Shown piece by piece: positions 1 to 9,930 of a DNA stretch of 55,807 nt (the stretch's first letter is position 1; each line of letters starts with the position of its first letter). The translations under genes were made by a program, and so were the position numbers. The notes under the pieces are model-generated. The model did no database searches and had not been told where the DNA came from. It was given only the letters and a program-made list of their open reading frames with translations. The stretch is from a virus (taxonomy: Duplodnaviria > Caudoviricetes): positions 1-55,807 of IMG/VR virus record IMGVR_UViG_3300030329_001543, one strand, 5' to 3'.

Positions 1-76
1 TGACTCAGATGGAGCGGGTGACCAAAATGTATTTATTGGGGAATTGGCTGGAGGAACTGGTACTCAAACTGATGCC
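1..76 (+). repeat. Terminal overlap: 1-76 identical to 55565-55640 (circular assembly junction)
   Basis: Direct comparison shows 76 identical bases, then a diverged copy to about 167/55731. Confidence 0.95.
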
Positions 77-1714
77 GCAGATGGTAACACAGGGATAGGC
101 TATAATTCTTTGACTGACCTTACTTCTGGACAACAGAACACAGCTATTGGTGGACACTCGGCTGATGATATTACTTCTGGTGGGTATAATACGGCAGTTG
201 GGAAATCGTCACTTGCAAGTTTGACTACTGGAAGTAATAATATAGCATTGGGAAGAACATCATTGTCAGCGGCCGCTCACGATGAAAGTGATAATATTTC
301 TATTGGTTCAGCCGCAATGGAGGGAGCAAAACAAGCTGAGTTATCAACTGGTGGAAATACTAGAGAAGTAAAACAAAATGTAGCAATAGGCTCAGGTGCA
401 TTATATGGTGGAACATTAACAGGTGCTAATCATCTTGAGGGAAATATAGCAATCGGACATCAAGCATTGGATGCAACTGGTACAAATGCTCAAACTGGAA
501 CTGTAGCCATTGGACATCAATCTTTGAGTGCGTGTACTTCTGGAAGTGGTAATACAGCAATAGGTTATTTATGTGCAGATGCTGTTACTACAGGAAATCA
601 TAATACAGCAATCGGATACGAATCTCTTTCTACTGCAACGGTTACTGCTGGTCAAGATGAACATACAGCAGTTGGTTATCAAGCATTAAAAGATTGTAGT
701 GGAGATAGAAACACAGCAATAGGTACAGGCGCGATGAGTGCAGTAGATAATAGTGATTTTTGTGTTGCTGTTGGATATAACGCACTTGTGACTGCTGGAA
801 GCACTGATGACAATATAGATGGAACTACGGCTGTGGGGTATAATGCCCTTACAGCATTAACGTCTGGAACTGCGAATGTAGCTTTGGGCTTTGAAACATT
901 AACGCTGGAAGATGCAGGAGGTGGAAACACTGCCGTTGGATACAGAGCATTAAAAGTTTGTAATAATGATACTGGTGGAAACACAGCAGTAGGTAAAGAT
1001 GGTCTGGTCGCTGTGACATCTGGAAATAATAATACAGCCGTAGGTCTTGGTGCAGGTAGTAATTTAGAATCTGGAACTAATAATGTTTTTATTGGAAGAA
1101 ATTCTCAAGCAAATGGAACAGGAGGAACAAACCAAGTTGTAATAGGTGGAATTGATACAGAAGGAAATGGAAATAATACAGTTACACTTGGTAATCAAGA
1201 TGCAACTGCTGTTTATATGGGTGAAGAAGGTGGTGCAGTTGTTCATGCGGCTGGTTTAAAATTTGATGATGACCAAACTAATAATATAGATGAGGCAAAT
1301 ACCTTAGACGATTACGAAGAAGGCTATTTTACAGGTGCTTTAACTTGTGGTTCAGGCACAGCAACTGTCAATGGAAGTTATGACCAGTTAGCATATACAA
1401 AAATCGGCAGAATGGTTCATGTTCAAGGTGCATTAGTTATGAGTGCTATAAGTAGTCCTTCAGGAACTTTGGCTGTAAATCTTCCATTTACAAGTGGAAC
1501 ATTAACTGAAGCGGCAGACTTTGTAACAGGAGTTGCTTCTTATACTGGTGTTAATGCTTTGAAATCTGCATCTCTATTGGGAGTGAGAATTGGTCAAGGG
1601 TCTGGTACTGCATCCCTTGTAGAATTTACTACAACTTCAGAAGATGGTTCAGATGCCGCAAATAATATTACAGCATCAACTCAAATATATTTTGGATTCT
1701 CATATATGGTGTAA
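1..1714 (+). CDS. Tail fibre / receptor-binding protein, C-terminal part (continues from 53502 across the circular junction; ~1258 aa total)
   Basis: Many ~14-aa N-x-A-x-G-x-x-A-L beta-roll (YadA-head-like) repeats. C-terminal LDDYEEGYFT...YTKIGRMVHV domain typical of marine phage fibres. Frame is continuous with the ORF starting at 53502 through the 76-bp end overlap. Confidence 0.85.
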   Translation, partial: DSDGAGDQNVFIGELAGGTGTQTDAADGNTGIGYNSLTDLTSGQQNTAIGGHSADDITSGGYNTAVGKSSLASLTTGSNNIALGRTSLSAAAHDESDNISIGSAAMEGAKQAELSTGGNTREVKQNVAIGSGALYGGTLTGANHLEGNIAIGHQALDATGTNAQTGTVAIGHQSLSACTSGSGNTAIGYLCADAVTTGNHNTAIGYESLSTATVTAGQDEHTAVGYQALKDCSGDRNTAIGTGAMSAVDNSDFCVAVGYNALVTAGSTDDNIDGTTAVGYNALTALTSGTANVALGFETLTLEDAGGGNTAVGYRALKVCNNDTGGNTAVGKDGLVAVTSGNNNTAVGLGAGSNLESGTNNVFIGRNSQANGTGGTNQVVIGGIDTEGNGNNTVTLGNQDATAVYMGEEGGAVVHAAGLKFDDDQTNNIDEANTLDDYEEGYFTGALTCGSGTATVNGSYDQLAYTKIGRMVHVQGALVMSAISSPSGTLAVNLPFTSGTLTEAADFVTGVASYTGVNALKSASLLGVRIGQGSGTASLVEFTTTSEDGSDAANNITASTQIYFGFSYMV

Positions 1715-1770
1715 TAATAAGATTTTTAATTGGATAATTAAATGGAACAAATAAACCAAAGGAGTCAATA

Positions 1771-2013
1771 GTGGCTTTATCAAAAGTAGAAAAAGATGAT
1801 TACGAAGTAAGAGGTGAGTACAAACATATTAATGTTCGTACAAAAACATCTATTATGGAAGATAATAAAGAACTTTCTTATTCATATCATAGAAAAATAT
1901 TAACACCAGATATGGATGTATCTGGAGAGTCAGCAGAAGTACAGGCTTTAGCTAGTGCTTTGTGGACTGATGAAGTAAAGAAAGCTTACGAAGATAGTAA
2001 GAAAGAAGATTAA
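1771..2013 (+). CDS. Small fibre-associated protein (putative tail-fibre assembly chaperone)
   Basis: GGAG RBS before a GTG start. Directly follows the fibre. HRK.L.P..DVSGES.EVQA...ALWT pattern is common after DDYEEG-type fibres. Confidence 0.6.
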   Translation: MALSKVEKDDYEVRGEYKHINVRTKTSIMEDNKELSYSYHRKILTPDMDVSGESAEVQALASALWTDEVKKAYEDSKKED

Positions 2014-2034
2014 TTAACAAACAAGGAGTCGAAA

Positions 2035-2304
2035 ATGGCTAAAAAAGAAAAAGAAAAGCCAGTCTTGAATCTTGATGGCAAAGAGTATGTTATCGATGAT
2101 ATGACTGATTCACAAAAGGAACTAGCAGGAGAAGTTGCTATGTACCAAAATCATGTAAGTGATGTTCAGAATAAACTAAATACGAATGCTTTCATGCGTC
2201 AGCAATTAGTTGAGTGTGAAAAAGTGTTTGTAGAAAAACATCAGAAAGGCGTAATGGAGCTTAAGAAAGCTTTAGAGACTGAAGAAGTTGAGGCTGAAGC
2301 ATGA
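2035..2304 (+). CDS. Hypothetical coiled-coil protein
   Basis: GGAG RBS. LNLDGKEYVIDDMTD N-terminus followed by a heptad-like helix. Confidence 0.6.
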   Translation: MAKKEKEKPVLNLDGKEYVIDDMTDSQKELAGEVAMYQNHVSDVQNKLNTNAFMRQQLVECEKVFVEKHQKGVMELKKALETEEVEAEA

Positions 2305-2432
2305 GAAAATACAAAGCTACATATATAGTGCCATATGGTAAATATGAATCTGATTCACTAATTGGATTAATAGCTGAAGTATTAAAGCATAGATTCTTTC
2401 ATCTTTTAAATCATAGAAAGTGGATGGATTAA
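2301..2432 (+). CDS. Small hypothetical protein (43 aa, MRKYKATYIV...; not in ORF track)
   Basis: Translated by hand. ATGA overlap with the upstream stop and TAATG overlap with the next gene. Confidence 0.5.
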   Translation: MRKYKATYIVPYGKYESDSLIGLIAEVLKHRFFHLLNHRKWMD

Positions 2433-2722
2433 TGCTTATAAGGAAAAGTTCACAGGGTCATGATTTGAAGTTGTATAGAAATACAACTCCAGGTGCAACT
2501 AGAACAAAGAAGTATCCAGATGGTACAACAGAGGCCCTGGCTTATCCTTCTAGTAAAAAATATTTTCTTGTTTTTAATGGAAATGTTATACAACGTAGTG
2601 ATAATTTTAATACAATTGAACAAGCATATGTTGATAAATGTAAAGATGAACATGGAGGAGGAAGTGGAAGAATGATAATTGGAAAACATAAATTAGTTAA
2701 TGGAGTAATAACAAAATTATGA
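2432..2722 (+). CDS. Hypothetical protein (probable start MLIRKSSQG)
   Basis: ORF track 2420..2722. TAATG coupling supports the ATG at 2432. Confidence 0.55.
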   Translation: MLIRKSSQGHDLKLYRNTTPGATRTKKYPDGTTEALAYPSSKKYFLVFNGNVIQRSDNFNTIEQAYVDKCKDEHGGGSGRMIIGKHKLVNGVITKL

Positions 2723-2943
2723 ATGAAAAACAAATAGTAGTAAGTATTCCAGAATTAACTCATTTAATAAGACATTTAGATTTAATGTATTTACAATTAT
2801 TAAAAAAAGAAGAACCTAAACCAGTTGAGCAGCCTCAACATGAAGGGCAACCTCTTGTAGAAATACTTGGAAAACCTTACATACAAACTAAATCTTGGTA
2901 TAACCCAGGTCAAGGAATTAAACAATCAACAGCGGTGGAATAA
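2719..2943 (+). CDS. Hypothetical protein
   Basis: ATGA/TAATG-coupled ORF in the late operon. Confidence 0.5.
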   Translation: MNEKQIVVSIPELTHLIRHLDLMYLQLLKKEEPKPVEQPQHEGQPLVEILGKPYIQTKSWYNPGQGIKQSTAVE

Positions 2944-3236
2944 TGAAAAATCCTTTAGCAACATTAGTATCATGGCAATATAAAACAGGTCAATTAGATG
3001 GCTGGACTGCTTATCATTTAGCAGCAGGAGCTTTCTTATGTAAAATATTTCAATGGTTAAGTTGGACAGATTTTTGGTGCGTAATGGGAGTATTTATTAT
3101 TGGAGTATTGTGGGAAATATTTGAATGGATTATTGAAGGTGATGAAGAAACCTACGGAACTAAAAAAGCATGGGCATATAACACTATGGCTGATATAGTA
3201 GTAGAAACTGGTATAGCTTGGTGGATGGTGTTATGA
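2943..3236 (+). CDS. Small multi-pass membrane protein (possible holin/lysis accessory)
   Basis: Three hydrophobic segments. H...WEIFE...D pattern. Confidence 0.5.
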   Translation: MKNPLATLVSWQYKTGQLDGWTAYHLAAGAFLCKIFQWLSWTDFWCVMGVFIIGVLWEIFEWIIEGDEETYGTKKAWAYNTMADIVVETGIAWWMVL

Positions 3237-3260
3237 ATAAAACAATTAAAACATTAAAGA

Positions 3261-3506
3261 ATGGAGATTTTAAAGTTGTTAGTACGAGTTACGGCATTCC
3301 TGTTAATTATATCAGGGATACCAAGTTGCAGTCAGGGGTGGATAGTAGGAAACATTCCTCTAACGCCACAAGATACACTTACAAACACAGTATTTACAGA
3401 GATAATTGATGCTGATAGCATTACACATTGGTATCATGGTAGTATCTCTAATCATACTAATTGGTGTTACTTACACAATGATTGGGAAAAAGTCGAGGTA
3501 AAGTGA
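3261..3506 (+). CDS. Putative lipoprotein (possible o-spanin-like)
   Basis: Hydrophobic signal ending in a lipobox-like GIPSC. Lies next to TM + coiled-coil genes. Confidence 0.45.
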   Translation: MEILKLLVRVTAFLLIISGIPSCSQGWIVGNIPLTPQDTLTNTVFTEIIDADSITHWYHGSISNHTNWCYLHNDWEKVEVK

Positions 3507-3829
3507 GTGCGAAACCAGATACCGCTAGAAGTTATAGGACTACTATTCTTGACGATAACGCCATTGTTAGCATTAACCTTAAGTGGCTTGGTCAAATTGC
3601 AGTTCTTATCGGAATGTTGGTATATGGTTATTGGCAAATTGAAACAAGGATACGAAACCTTGAAGATAAAGTTATTATTGCGGATGAACAAATTGGGAGC
3701 CTTCTTGATAAGCATATCTTGGAAGAACGGGTTGAAAGAGAAGAATTGGCACAAAAGGTAGCTTTTTATGAAAAAGAATTTAATATTAATCCATTAAGTT
3801 GGGGTAAAAAGAAACGAGGTAAAAAATAA
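3503..3829 (+). CDS. Membrane-anchored coiled-coil protein (i-spanin/holin-like); probable GTG start at 3503
   Basis: One TM segment (WLGQIAVLIGMLVYGYW) then a coiled coil and a basic C-terminus. GAGG RBS before the GTG. Confidence 0.5.
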   Translation: MSAKPDTARSYRTTILDDNAIVSINLKWLGQIAVLIGMLVYGYWQIETRIRNLEDKVIIADEQIGSLLDKHILEERVEREELAQKVAFYEKEFNINPLSWGKKKRGKK

Positions 3830-4146
3830 TGGATTTTATGGCTTTGTATGGTGAAGCAGGAATGATAGGCGTTGTTGGAGCAATGTTTGTATATTTAGTA
3901 GTATCATTAAGCAATAAATCAGCAAAACAGCAAGAAACATTAGAAAATTTAAAAGTAGAAAATAAAGGTCAAAGTGAAACTTTAGAAAACATGGAAGGTA
4001 TGATTATAAAATTAATTGGTAGATGGAATCAATCTGATGATAAATTAGATAGAAAATTTGATGCTATTACTAAAGAAATAAATGATTTGGATAATCAAGT
4101 ATCTGAATTAAAAGGCTCTATGAGTAGAATAAATGGAAGACATTAA
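3829..4146 (+). CDS. N-terminal TM + coiled-coil protein (holin/spanin-like)
   Basis: GMIGVVGAMFVYLVV TM segment and heptad repeats. Confidence 0.5.
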   Translation: MDFMALYGEAGMIGVVGAMFVYLVVSLSNKSAKQQETLENLKVENKGQSETLENMEGMIIKLIGRWNQSDDKLDRKFDAITKEINDLDNQVSELKGSMSRINGRH

Positions 4147-4292
4147 TGGATAGTTTAAAAGTAACAGGAATAAGTACAGGTTTAGGAATGGTATATTGGA
4201 CAGATATTATATCAGGCGTATTAATGTGCATTATGTTTGCAATACAAATTTATTATTTATATTTAAAAACAAAAAAGATAAAGGAAAGTTAA
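4146..4292 (+). CDS. Small holin-like membrane protein (48 aa, MDSLKVTGISTGLGMVYW...; not in ORF track)
   Basis: Hand translation. Hydrophobic core plus basic tail KTKKIK. TAATG coupling. Confidence 0.5.
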   Translation: MDSLKVTGISTGLGMVYWTDIISGVLMCIMFAIQIYYLYLKTKKIKES

Positions 4293-4520
4293 ATGGATAT
4301 AAAATCAATGCTAGTAAAGTTAGCTGAAGAGCAAGCTGAAAAAATGCAAGAAGAAGCAATGAATCATTTAGGTTCAGATGAAATGGCAGAAAAAATTGCT
4401 ACTGCTATTAACAAAAGAATAGACATCCCGTTTGTAAGTGAAGATAAAGAACAGATATTTTTTGAAAAAGTTGTTGATGTAGTTACGGATGTTTTAGAAG
4501 GTGTGTTTAAAGGTAAGTGA
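4293..4520 (+). CDS. Hypothetical protein
   Basis: Coupled ORF with an INKRIDIPFVSE..EQ motif. Confidence 0.55.
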   Translation: MDIKSMLVKLAEEQAEKMQEEAMNHLGSDEMAEKIATAINKRIDIPFVSEDKEQIFFEKVVDVVTDVLEGVFKGK

Positions 4521-4663
4521 TGCCAGAATCTAAAAAGAAAAAAGAAGTAAAAGAAGAAACTATATCTATAAAAGATTTAGAAAAGTTTGTTGCTTATTTA
4601 CTTGATGAGAATAAAACTATGAAACAACGATTGGATAAAATCGCTACAAGATTAGGAATATAA
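4520..4663 (+). CDS. Small hypothetical protein (47 aa, MPESKKKKEV...; not in ORF track)
   Basis: Hand translation. TGATG coupling. Confidence 0.45.
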   Translation: MPESKKKKEVKEETISIKDLEKFVAYLLDENKTMKQRLDKIATRLGI

Positions 4664-4664
4664 T

Positions 4665-4778
4665 ATGCCAGCTAAAAAACGATATAAAAAAGAATCAAAA
4701 GCAGCTTATAAAAAAAGAATGAGCAAAACTGGTTCCGCTAGAAAAAAAGCAAATAAAGCAGCTAAAAGAAAATATTAA
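4665..4778 (+). CDS. Very basic 37-aa peptide (MPAKKRYKKESKAAYKKRMSKTGSARKKANKAAKRKY)
   Basis: Hand translation. 17 K/R against 1 E. AGGA upstream. Fills the gap before the nozzle gene. Confidence 0.55.
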   Translation: MPAKKRYKKESKAAYKKRMSKTGSARKKANKAAKRKY

Positions 4779-4786
4779 ATAATGAT

Positions 4787-7609
4787 ATGCCTAAAAGATA
4801 TAAAGTATATCGAGATTTTTCTGGAGGTATAAATACTAAAACAGACCCTAAATTATTAAAAGATAATGAACTTGTAAATGCCGCTGGTGTAGTTGTAGAT
4901 AAAAGAGGTAAAATTAGAACAGTCTCTCCAACACAAGCATCTGCAACTGGTACAAAAATGGGTGGTGCATTATCTGATATGGATGCCAATATGTTAAAAG
5001 TGGCAAGAGGTCTTTTTACTTTTAAATCTGATTATTCATTTAGTGATACAGATAATACATTTTCTCATAGAGAAAGTGAATATATTATAATGGCTAGTAA
5101 ATCTGATGCAAAATTTAGCATATATGGATATAATGACGCAGCAGACCAAGATGACCATATGTTACAAGTAGACCCTTCAGGTCTTGATTTAGGAAGTGGT
5201 GTATTGTTTGCTGTGTATTATTATGCTGAAGGAGCAGTTAGACTTGGTTGTTCTAATTTTAGTCATTCAAGTAACACACCTAGATGGTTTGGAAGAATTG
5301 GGGATGAAAATAAAAAGAAATTACTTGGGGCTGAATTAGATAGAAAATGGTTATGTATAAAAAATAATTTAGAAACACCAACAGTTGGGTTTGTAGCTCC
5401 TAAATTAAGTGGAACTGCATCTGGGGATACAACTACTCTTACATTAACAGCTGGGGTTTCTTCAAGTGGAGACATAACTGCGTTTTCTGATAGTGGGACT
5501 GGAGATGGTAGAACAAGAGTAACTGATGCAAGCCATGGATTGGCGGTTGGAGATGAAATAACAATTCATAGTAGCGGGCCTGGAATTAATGGGACTTGGG
5601 AAGTATTATATGTTTCAGATTCTAATAATTTTGATGTTGGAGTATCATTTATCAGCGAATGGGAAGCAGGAGGATGGACAAAAGCAGCTATATCAGATAA
5701 TTTTCAAGGATGGAGTACGGCAATTTCAGCAGCTGCTAGTGACGATAGGCATTTAGTAGCATATGATGTATCTGCTGATGCCACGTGGAAAATAACTGCT
5801 GTTTCAGGTCAAAGCTTAACAACAACTACAAATGCCACAGCTAGTTGGAATGGAAGAACTTTTGATATTTATCCTTACCCTGGCGATGGTATTTTATTAG
5901 AAGCTTATCAAAGTCAAAGTTCTAATGAAGGTGATTGGGAAGAAGGTGAATATGAATTTGCGCAAAGTTTTGTATATGAAGGAAATCAAGAATCTAAAAT
6001 TCTTAAACTTGAGGGAAATAATATTCAAATTGACCATAATCAAGTTTTATATGCAAGAGTTCATGTTTCTGGTATAAGTGATGTAGGAGAAAATGAAAGT
6101 GCAATTAATCAAAGATTAATAGGAGGTCGTGTATATACTAGAAAATCTGGTACAAATAACTTTTGGTCTTTATTAATAGATATGGATTTTAGAGTTCATA
6201 ATGATTTAACTGGTGGAGGAACTAGAATTTCTACTATTGATGATTATGATGCATGGTCTAGTGTTGAGGATGCTGGAACTAATGGTGAAAATTTTGAAGA
6301 TTTTACTGACACAAATTTTGAAGGATTTAAAAGTAAACAATACACAATAAAAAGATTAAGTATAGAAAGCTATGAAAATATTAATGGATTTAGTCCTAGT
6401 GAATATGCTATTTCATTTGCTCAAGACAATGTAGCTGGGTATGGATATACAGCAGCTGTAGTAGCTGGTCAAAGAGTGTTTGTTGCTAATGTTAGATATA
6501 TAAATCCAGATACAGGTGTTGTTTCTATAATGGGAGATGCTATATTTTACACACCTATAGGAAAATTTGATACATTTCCATCTTCATATAAATTAAATAT
6601 AGCTGGTAATGATGGAGATGAATTTACTTCTCTTAGATATTCTAATGGAATTTTATTAGCATTTAAAAGAAATTCATTATTTTTAATTGATATTTCAAAT
6701 CCTAATGAAGCTGCTTGGAGGTTGTTAGGTAAACATGATTCTATGGGAGTCGAAGGTGATTGGTCTGTTTCTGAAACAGATATGGGAGTTGTTTGGGCTA
6801 ATAAACATGGTTTATTTATGTATTCTGGAGGAAAACCAATTAATTTAAGTAAAGAAAAACTTAGTTATGATGATTGGCACTCTTTTATTGATAACGATGA
6901 ATCTGGGCCTCTTGTTGGATGGGATAATAGTTGTAATAAAATATTAATTGTAAATGATGCAAGAGAAGCTACAAAAGCAAGAATTTTTGATTTAGATACA
7001 AGAATATGGACTAAAGGATACGATTTAACAAGTTCTTCAGGTTGGGGAGGGATGCCAGCTGGAAGTAATAATTCAATTTCTAATATGATTACATTCACTG
7101 GGAATGAAATTCAAGACACTACTAATAATGACATGAATCCAAATGGAGGTCTTATATTTTATGGTGATGATGCAACCAATCTTAATTCTGGAACTTCTAC
7201 TGATTTATATCAATTATCTTTAGCTAATACAAGCGCTTCTGCTTTTGCAATTACTACAAAAGATGATGATTTTGGATTACCTAATGTTTTTAAAAAAGTG
7301 TATGCATTAGATATAGAATATATAACTGATAATAGTAGTCCAGCTATTGATGTAAAATATGAAATTAATGGAGATGATGTTCCTAATGGAAGTTCTACTG
7401 CATTAAGTAGTAATGTAACTTTAGGAGGTAGTGCTGATAAAGATAATGTAAATATAAAAAAATTAACATTTACAACTCCTGTTAAATGTAGAAGTATTTC
7501 TTTTAGAATAAGTTCATATAGTACAACTACTTTTTATTTTGAAATTGTAAGTATAGCGATAAGATATAGGCCTCTTCAGTCTTCTGCAATTGCTACGGAG
7601 CATGATTAA
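4787..7609 (+). CDS. Tail nozzle / DNA stabilisation protein (P22 gp10 / T7 tubular B-like)
   Basis: N-terminal DFSGGINTK.DP..L.DNEL motif, beta-rich sequence, C-terminal CRSISFRIS...IAIRYRP, and position before the ejection genes. Confidence 0.7.
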   Translation: MPKRYKVYRDFSGGINTKTDPKLLKDNELVNAAGVVVDKRGKIRTVSPTQASATGTKMGGALSDMDANMLKVARGLFTFKSDYSFSDTDNTFSHRESEYIIMASKSDAKFSIYGYNDAADQDDHMLQVDPSGLDLGSGVLFAVYYYAEGAVRLGCSNFSHSSNTPRWFGRIGDENKKKLLGAELDRKWLCIKNNLETPTVGFVAPKLSGTASGDTTTLTLTAGVSSSGDITAFSDSGTGDGRTRVTDASHGLAVGDEITIHSSGPGINGTWEVLYVSDSNNFDVGVSFISEWEAGGWTKAAISDNFQGWSTAISAAASDDRHLVAYDVSADATWKITAVSGQSLTTTTNATASWNGRTFDIYPYPGDGILLEAYQSQSSNEGDWEEGEYEFAQSFVYEGNQESKILKLEGNNIQIDHNQVLYARVHVSGISDVGENESAINQRLIGGRVYTRKSGTNNFWSLLIDMDFRVHNDLTGGGTRISTIDDYDAWSSVEDAGTNGENFEDFTDTNFEGFKSKQYTIKRLSIESYENINGFSPSEYAISFAQDNVAGYGYTAAVVAGQRVFVANVRYINPDTGVVSIMGDAIFYTPIGKFDTFPSSYKLNIAGNDGDEFTSLRYSNGILLAFKRNSLFLIDISNPNEAAWRLLGKHDSMGVEGDWSVSETDMGVVWANKHGLFMYSGGKPINLSKEKLSYDDWHSFIDNDESGPLVGWDNSCNKILIVNDAREATKARIFDLDTRIWTKGYDLTSSSGWGGMPAGSNNSISNMITFTGNEIQDTTNNDMNPNGGLIFYGDDATNLNSGTSTDLYQLSLANTSASAFAITTKDDDFGLPNVFKKVYALDIEYITDNSSPAIDVKYEINGDDVPNGSSTALSSNVTLGGSADKDNVNIKKLTFTTPVKCRSISFRISSYSTTTFYFEIVSIAIRYRPLQSSAIATEHD

Positions 7610-8223
7610 TGTCTGGTAAATTAGAAAATATTCTTCAAAATTCTCCAGCGCAACATAAAAGTATGAAAAATGGAGATATGGTTACAGAAGCTATTGGAGA
7701 TAATATTACTACATATTTAAAGCATAATAATGCTTTATATAAATTAAAATGGGAAAAATTTGAAAAACCAGAAAATAAAAATCCTTCTTCTGAAATAAAG
7801 AGCAAAAATTATAAAGCTGGATTACAAGGATATAAAATACAAGAAAATGGGGATGCTGATTTAGGAGCAGTGACTTCAAATTCAATTAATAATCTTAAAT
7901 GGAAATTTTTTCAAGGAACATCTGAGATTAAACAAAGATTTGTAACAATACCTCATGGAATTAGCAGAGCAATGAAAAAAATTGTATGCGTTAGTGTTAA
8001 TATACAATCAGATACATCCCCTAATGCTTCTTCTGGGTCTATTCCAACTAGTTCGTTTTTAGCAGGAGCTGGGAATATACAAGATGAAAATGATGAAGAT
8101 AGGGAATTTCAAACTTTATATGATGATACCAACATTTATATATTTACAGACAGTACAGCTGATGATGTAGCTGAAAATCAATATACTTGTGTTGTTTTTT
8201 ATACTGATTACGAGCTTTATTAA
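7609..8223 (+). CDS. Putative tail-associated structural protein
   Basis: Coupled to the nozzle gene. VTIPHGI beta-sandwich-like C-terminus. Confidence 0.5.
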   Translation: MSGKLENILQNSPAQHKSMKNGDMVTEAIGDNITTYLKHNNALYKLKWEKFEKPENKNPSSEIKSKNYKAGLQGYKIQENGDADLGAVTSNSINNLKWKFFQGTSEIKQRFVTIPHGISRAMKKIVCVSVNIQSDTSPNASSGSIPTSSFLAGAGNIQDENDEDREFQTLYDDTNIYIFTDSTADDVAENQYTCVVFYTDYELY

Positions 8224-8252
8224 TTGAAAAAAATGTTATTATTTATTAAATT
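8224..8252 (+). promoter_or_regulatory. Sigma70-type promoter for the ejection cassette (TTGAAA-N17-TAAATT)
   Basis: -35 at 8224-8229, -10 at 8247-8252, followed by GGAG RBS and ATG 8273. Same -10 as two early promoters. Confidence 0.45.
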
Positions 8253-8272
8253 AATCCAGAATTGGAGTTTAT

Positions 8273-9148
8273 ATGCCAAAGGCAAAGAATAAGAAAAATA
8301 ATCAAGCTGATAAAAAAGCATATGTAGATAAGCCTAAAAAACCTACTATAAGTAGAGGCCAACGACAATATATGTTGGCTAAGGATGTTAAAGCATCACA
8401 AGAAGATTACGCAGCTCAAGTAGCTGATGAAGAAAAAAAAGCTGGTAAAAGAAGTCTTTGGACTTCAGTAGGTGGAATATTAGGTGCAGGTGTAGCTGTA
8501 ATGGCTGCTCCAGCTGTTTTAGGAGCTGTTGGTCTTGGAACTGCAGGTGGATTAGTAACTGGACTTGGAACTGGATTACTTACTGGTATTGGTTCAGCAG
8601 GAGGTTCAATGGCTGGATTGAAAACAGCTAAAACTGCAGGTAAAGCTGAAAGAGGTGCAGTAAAATCAGATAAGTTTTTTGAGAAAAAAGCTCAAGAAGC
8701 TACTGAAACTTTTAAAGACTATGATAAAAAAATTGCTAAATCAGCTAAATGGCAAGCTATTGGAAGTGGTGTTTTTGCTGGGTTGCAAGCTGGTGGTGCA
8801 TTTAAAAAAGCTGGCGAATGGACTAAAAAAGGATTAAATATAGGTCAAACTCCAGATGCGGCATTGGGAGGAGTTGATGCAGGTATTTCAGTAAATGTAA
8901 CTCCAGCAGGAGCTGAAAATGTGGTTAGTGAAAGTGTTGGTAAAACTGTTTACGCTGATATGGATGCTTTGCAAGGAGCATATAAAGCTTCAACAGCAAA
9001 TAGGGATTTACTTTCAGCTGCTGGTGATTATTTATATAAAGGAGCTGGACAAGCTGCTATTGGATATGGAGTGAATAAAGTTACTGGCGGTAATCAAAAT
9101 CAAAATTTATATGAAGAACAAGAAATTCAACTTCCTACTTATAGTTAA
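8273..9148 (+). CDS. Ejection (internal virion) protein with glycine-zipper hydrophobic hairpin
   Basis: Long GxxxG-rich hydrophobic stretch (VGGILGAGVAVMAAPAVLGAVGLG...). First gene of the post-nozzle cassette. Confidence 0.6.
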   Translation: MPKAKNKKNNQADKKAYVDKPKKPTISRGQRQYMLAKDVKASQEDYAAQVADEEKKAGKRSLWTSVGGILGAGVAVMAAPAVLGAVGLGTAGGLVTGLGTGLLTGIGSAGGSMAGLKTAKTAGKAERGAVKSDKFFEKKAQEATETFKDYDKKIAKSAKWQAIGSGVFAGLQAGGAFKKAGEWTKKGLNIGQTPDAALGGVDAGISVNVTPAGAENVVSESVGKTVYADMDALQGAYKASTANRDLLSAAGDYLYKGAGQAAIGYGVNKVTGGNQNQNLYEEQEIQLPTYS

Positions 9149-9930
9149 TGTTTATAACAACTAAAGCAGAATTTAAATGGGATGGTGAGAAGTATGTAGA
9201 AGTACATACTGAAGGATACGAATATGAAGGTGAATTAGCATTAGCTGATTATGGAGATGATGATGATTATACATCCCATGGGGCTGGTGGTCAAGGAGCT
9301 AACCCAGGTTCGGGAGGTAGTCCTAGCTTACAAGATTTAACTACTAAAGACGTAGGTCAAATAATGTTAGATATGGGATTTACTCAAGAAGAAGTTGATA
9401 AATATGCTGGATATGTGCCTGAATTTGACCCGTGGAAAGCTGGATATGCTCAAGAAGCTTATGATGTCAATGCAACAAGAATGGATTTAGAACAATCTGG
9501 AATTGAAACATCTAGACAATTAACTCAAGATTTATTTGGATTATCTCAACAAGGTTTATCTCAACAAATGTTTGGAGCAGCTCAAGCTGGTGAGCAAAGT
9601 TTATATGGAGCGTATCAACAGCAATCTGCTGTAGCTGGAGCTGGATTAGGAAAAAGGTCTAATATTACAGATAGAATGAGAGGTCAATCTATTTCTCAAT
9701 ATGAATCTCAAATGGATACTCTTGGATTGCAAGGATTAGAGCAAGAAGCTAAGTTTGAAGCTCAAATGGAAGATTTTACAAATCAATTATCTATGTTAGA
9801 AACTGATAGGAGTATGGCTGATATTGATTTACGAAGAGATGTAGAATCAGAGCAACGACAATATGAAGATGATTTTTGGGAATTTATGACATTTTTAAAA
9901 ACTAATTTTGATGTAGGATTTGATGACTAA
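9148..9930 (+). CDS. Ejection/internal virion protein (Q-rich helical)
   Basis: TAATG coupling, Q/E-rich helices, cassette position. Confidence 0.55.
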   Translation: MFITTKAEFKWDGEKYVEVHTEGYEYEGELALADYGDDDDYTSHGAGGQGANPGSGGSPSLQDLTTKDVGQIMLDMGFTQEEVDKYAGYVPEFDPWKAGYAQEAYDVNATRMDLEQSGIETSRQLTQDLFGLSQQGLSQQMFGAAQAGEQSLYGAYQQQSAVAGAGLGKRSNITDRMRGQSISQYESQMDTLGLQGLEQEAKFEAQMEDFTNQLSMLETDRSMADIDLRRDVESEQRQYEDDFWEFMTFLKTNFDVGFDD

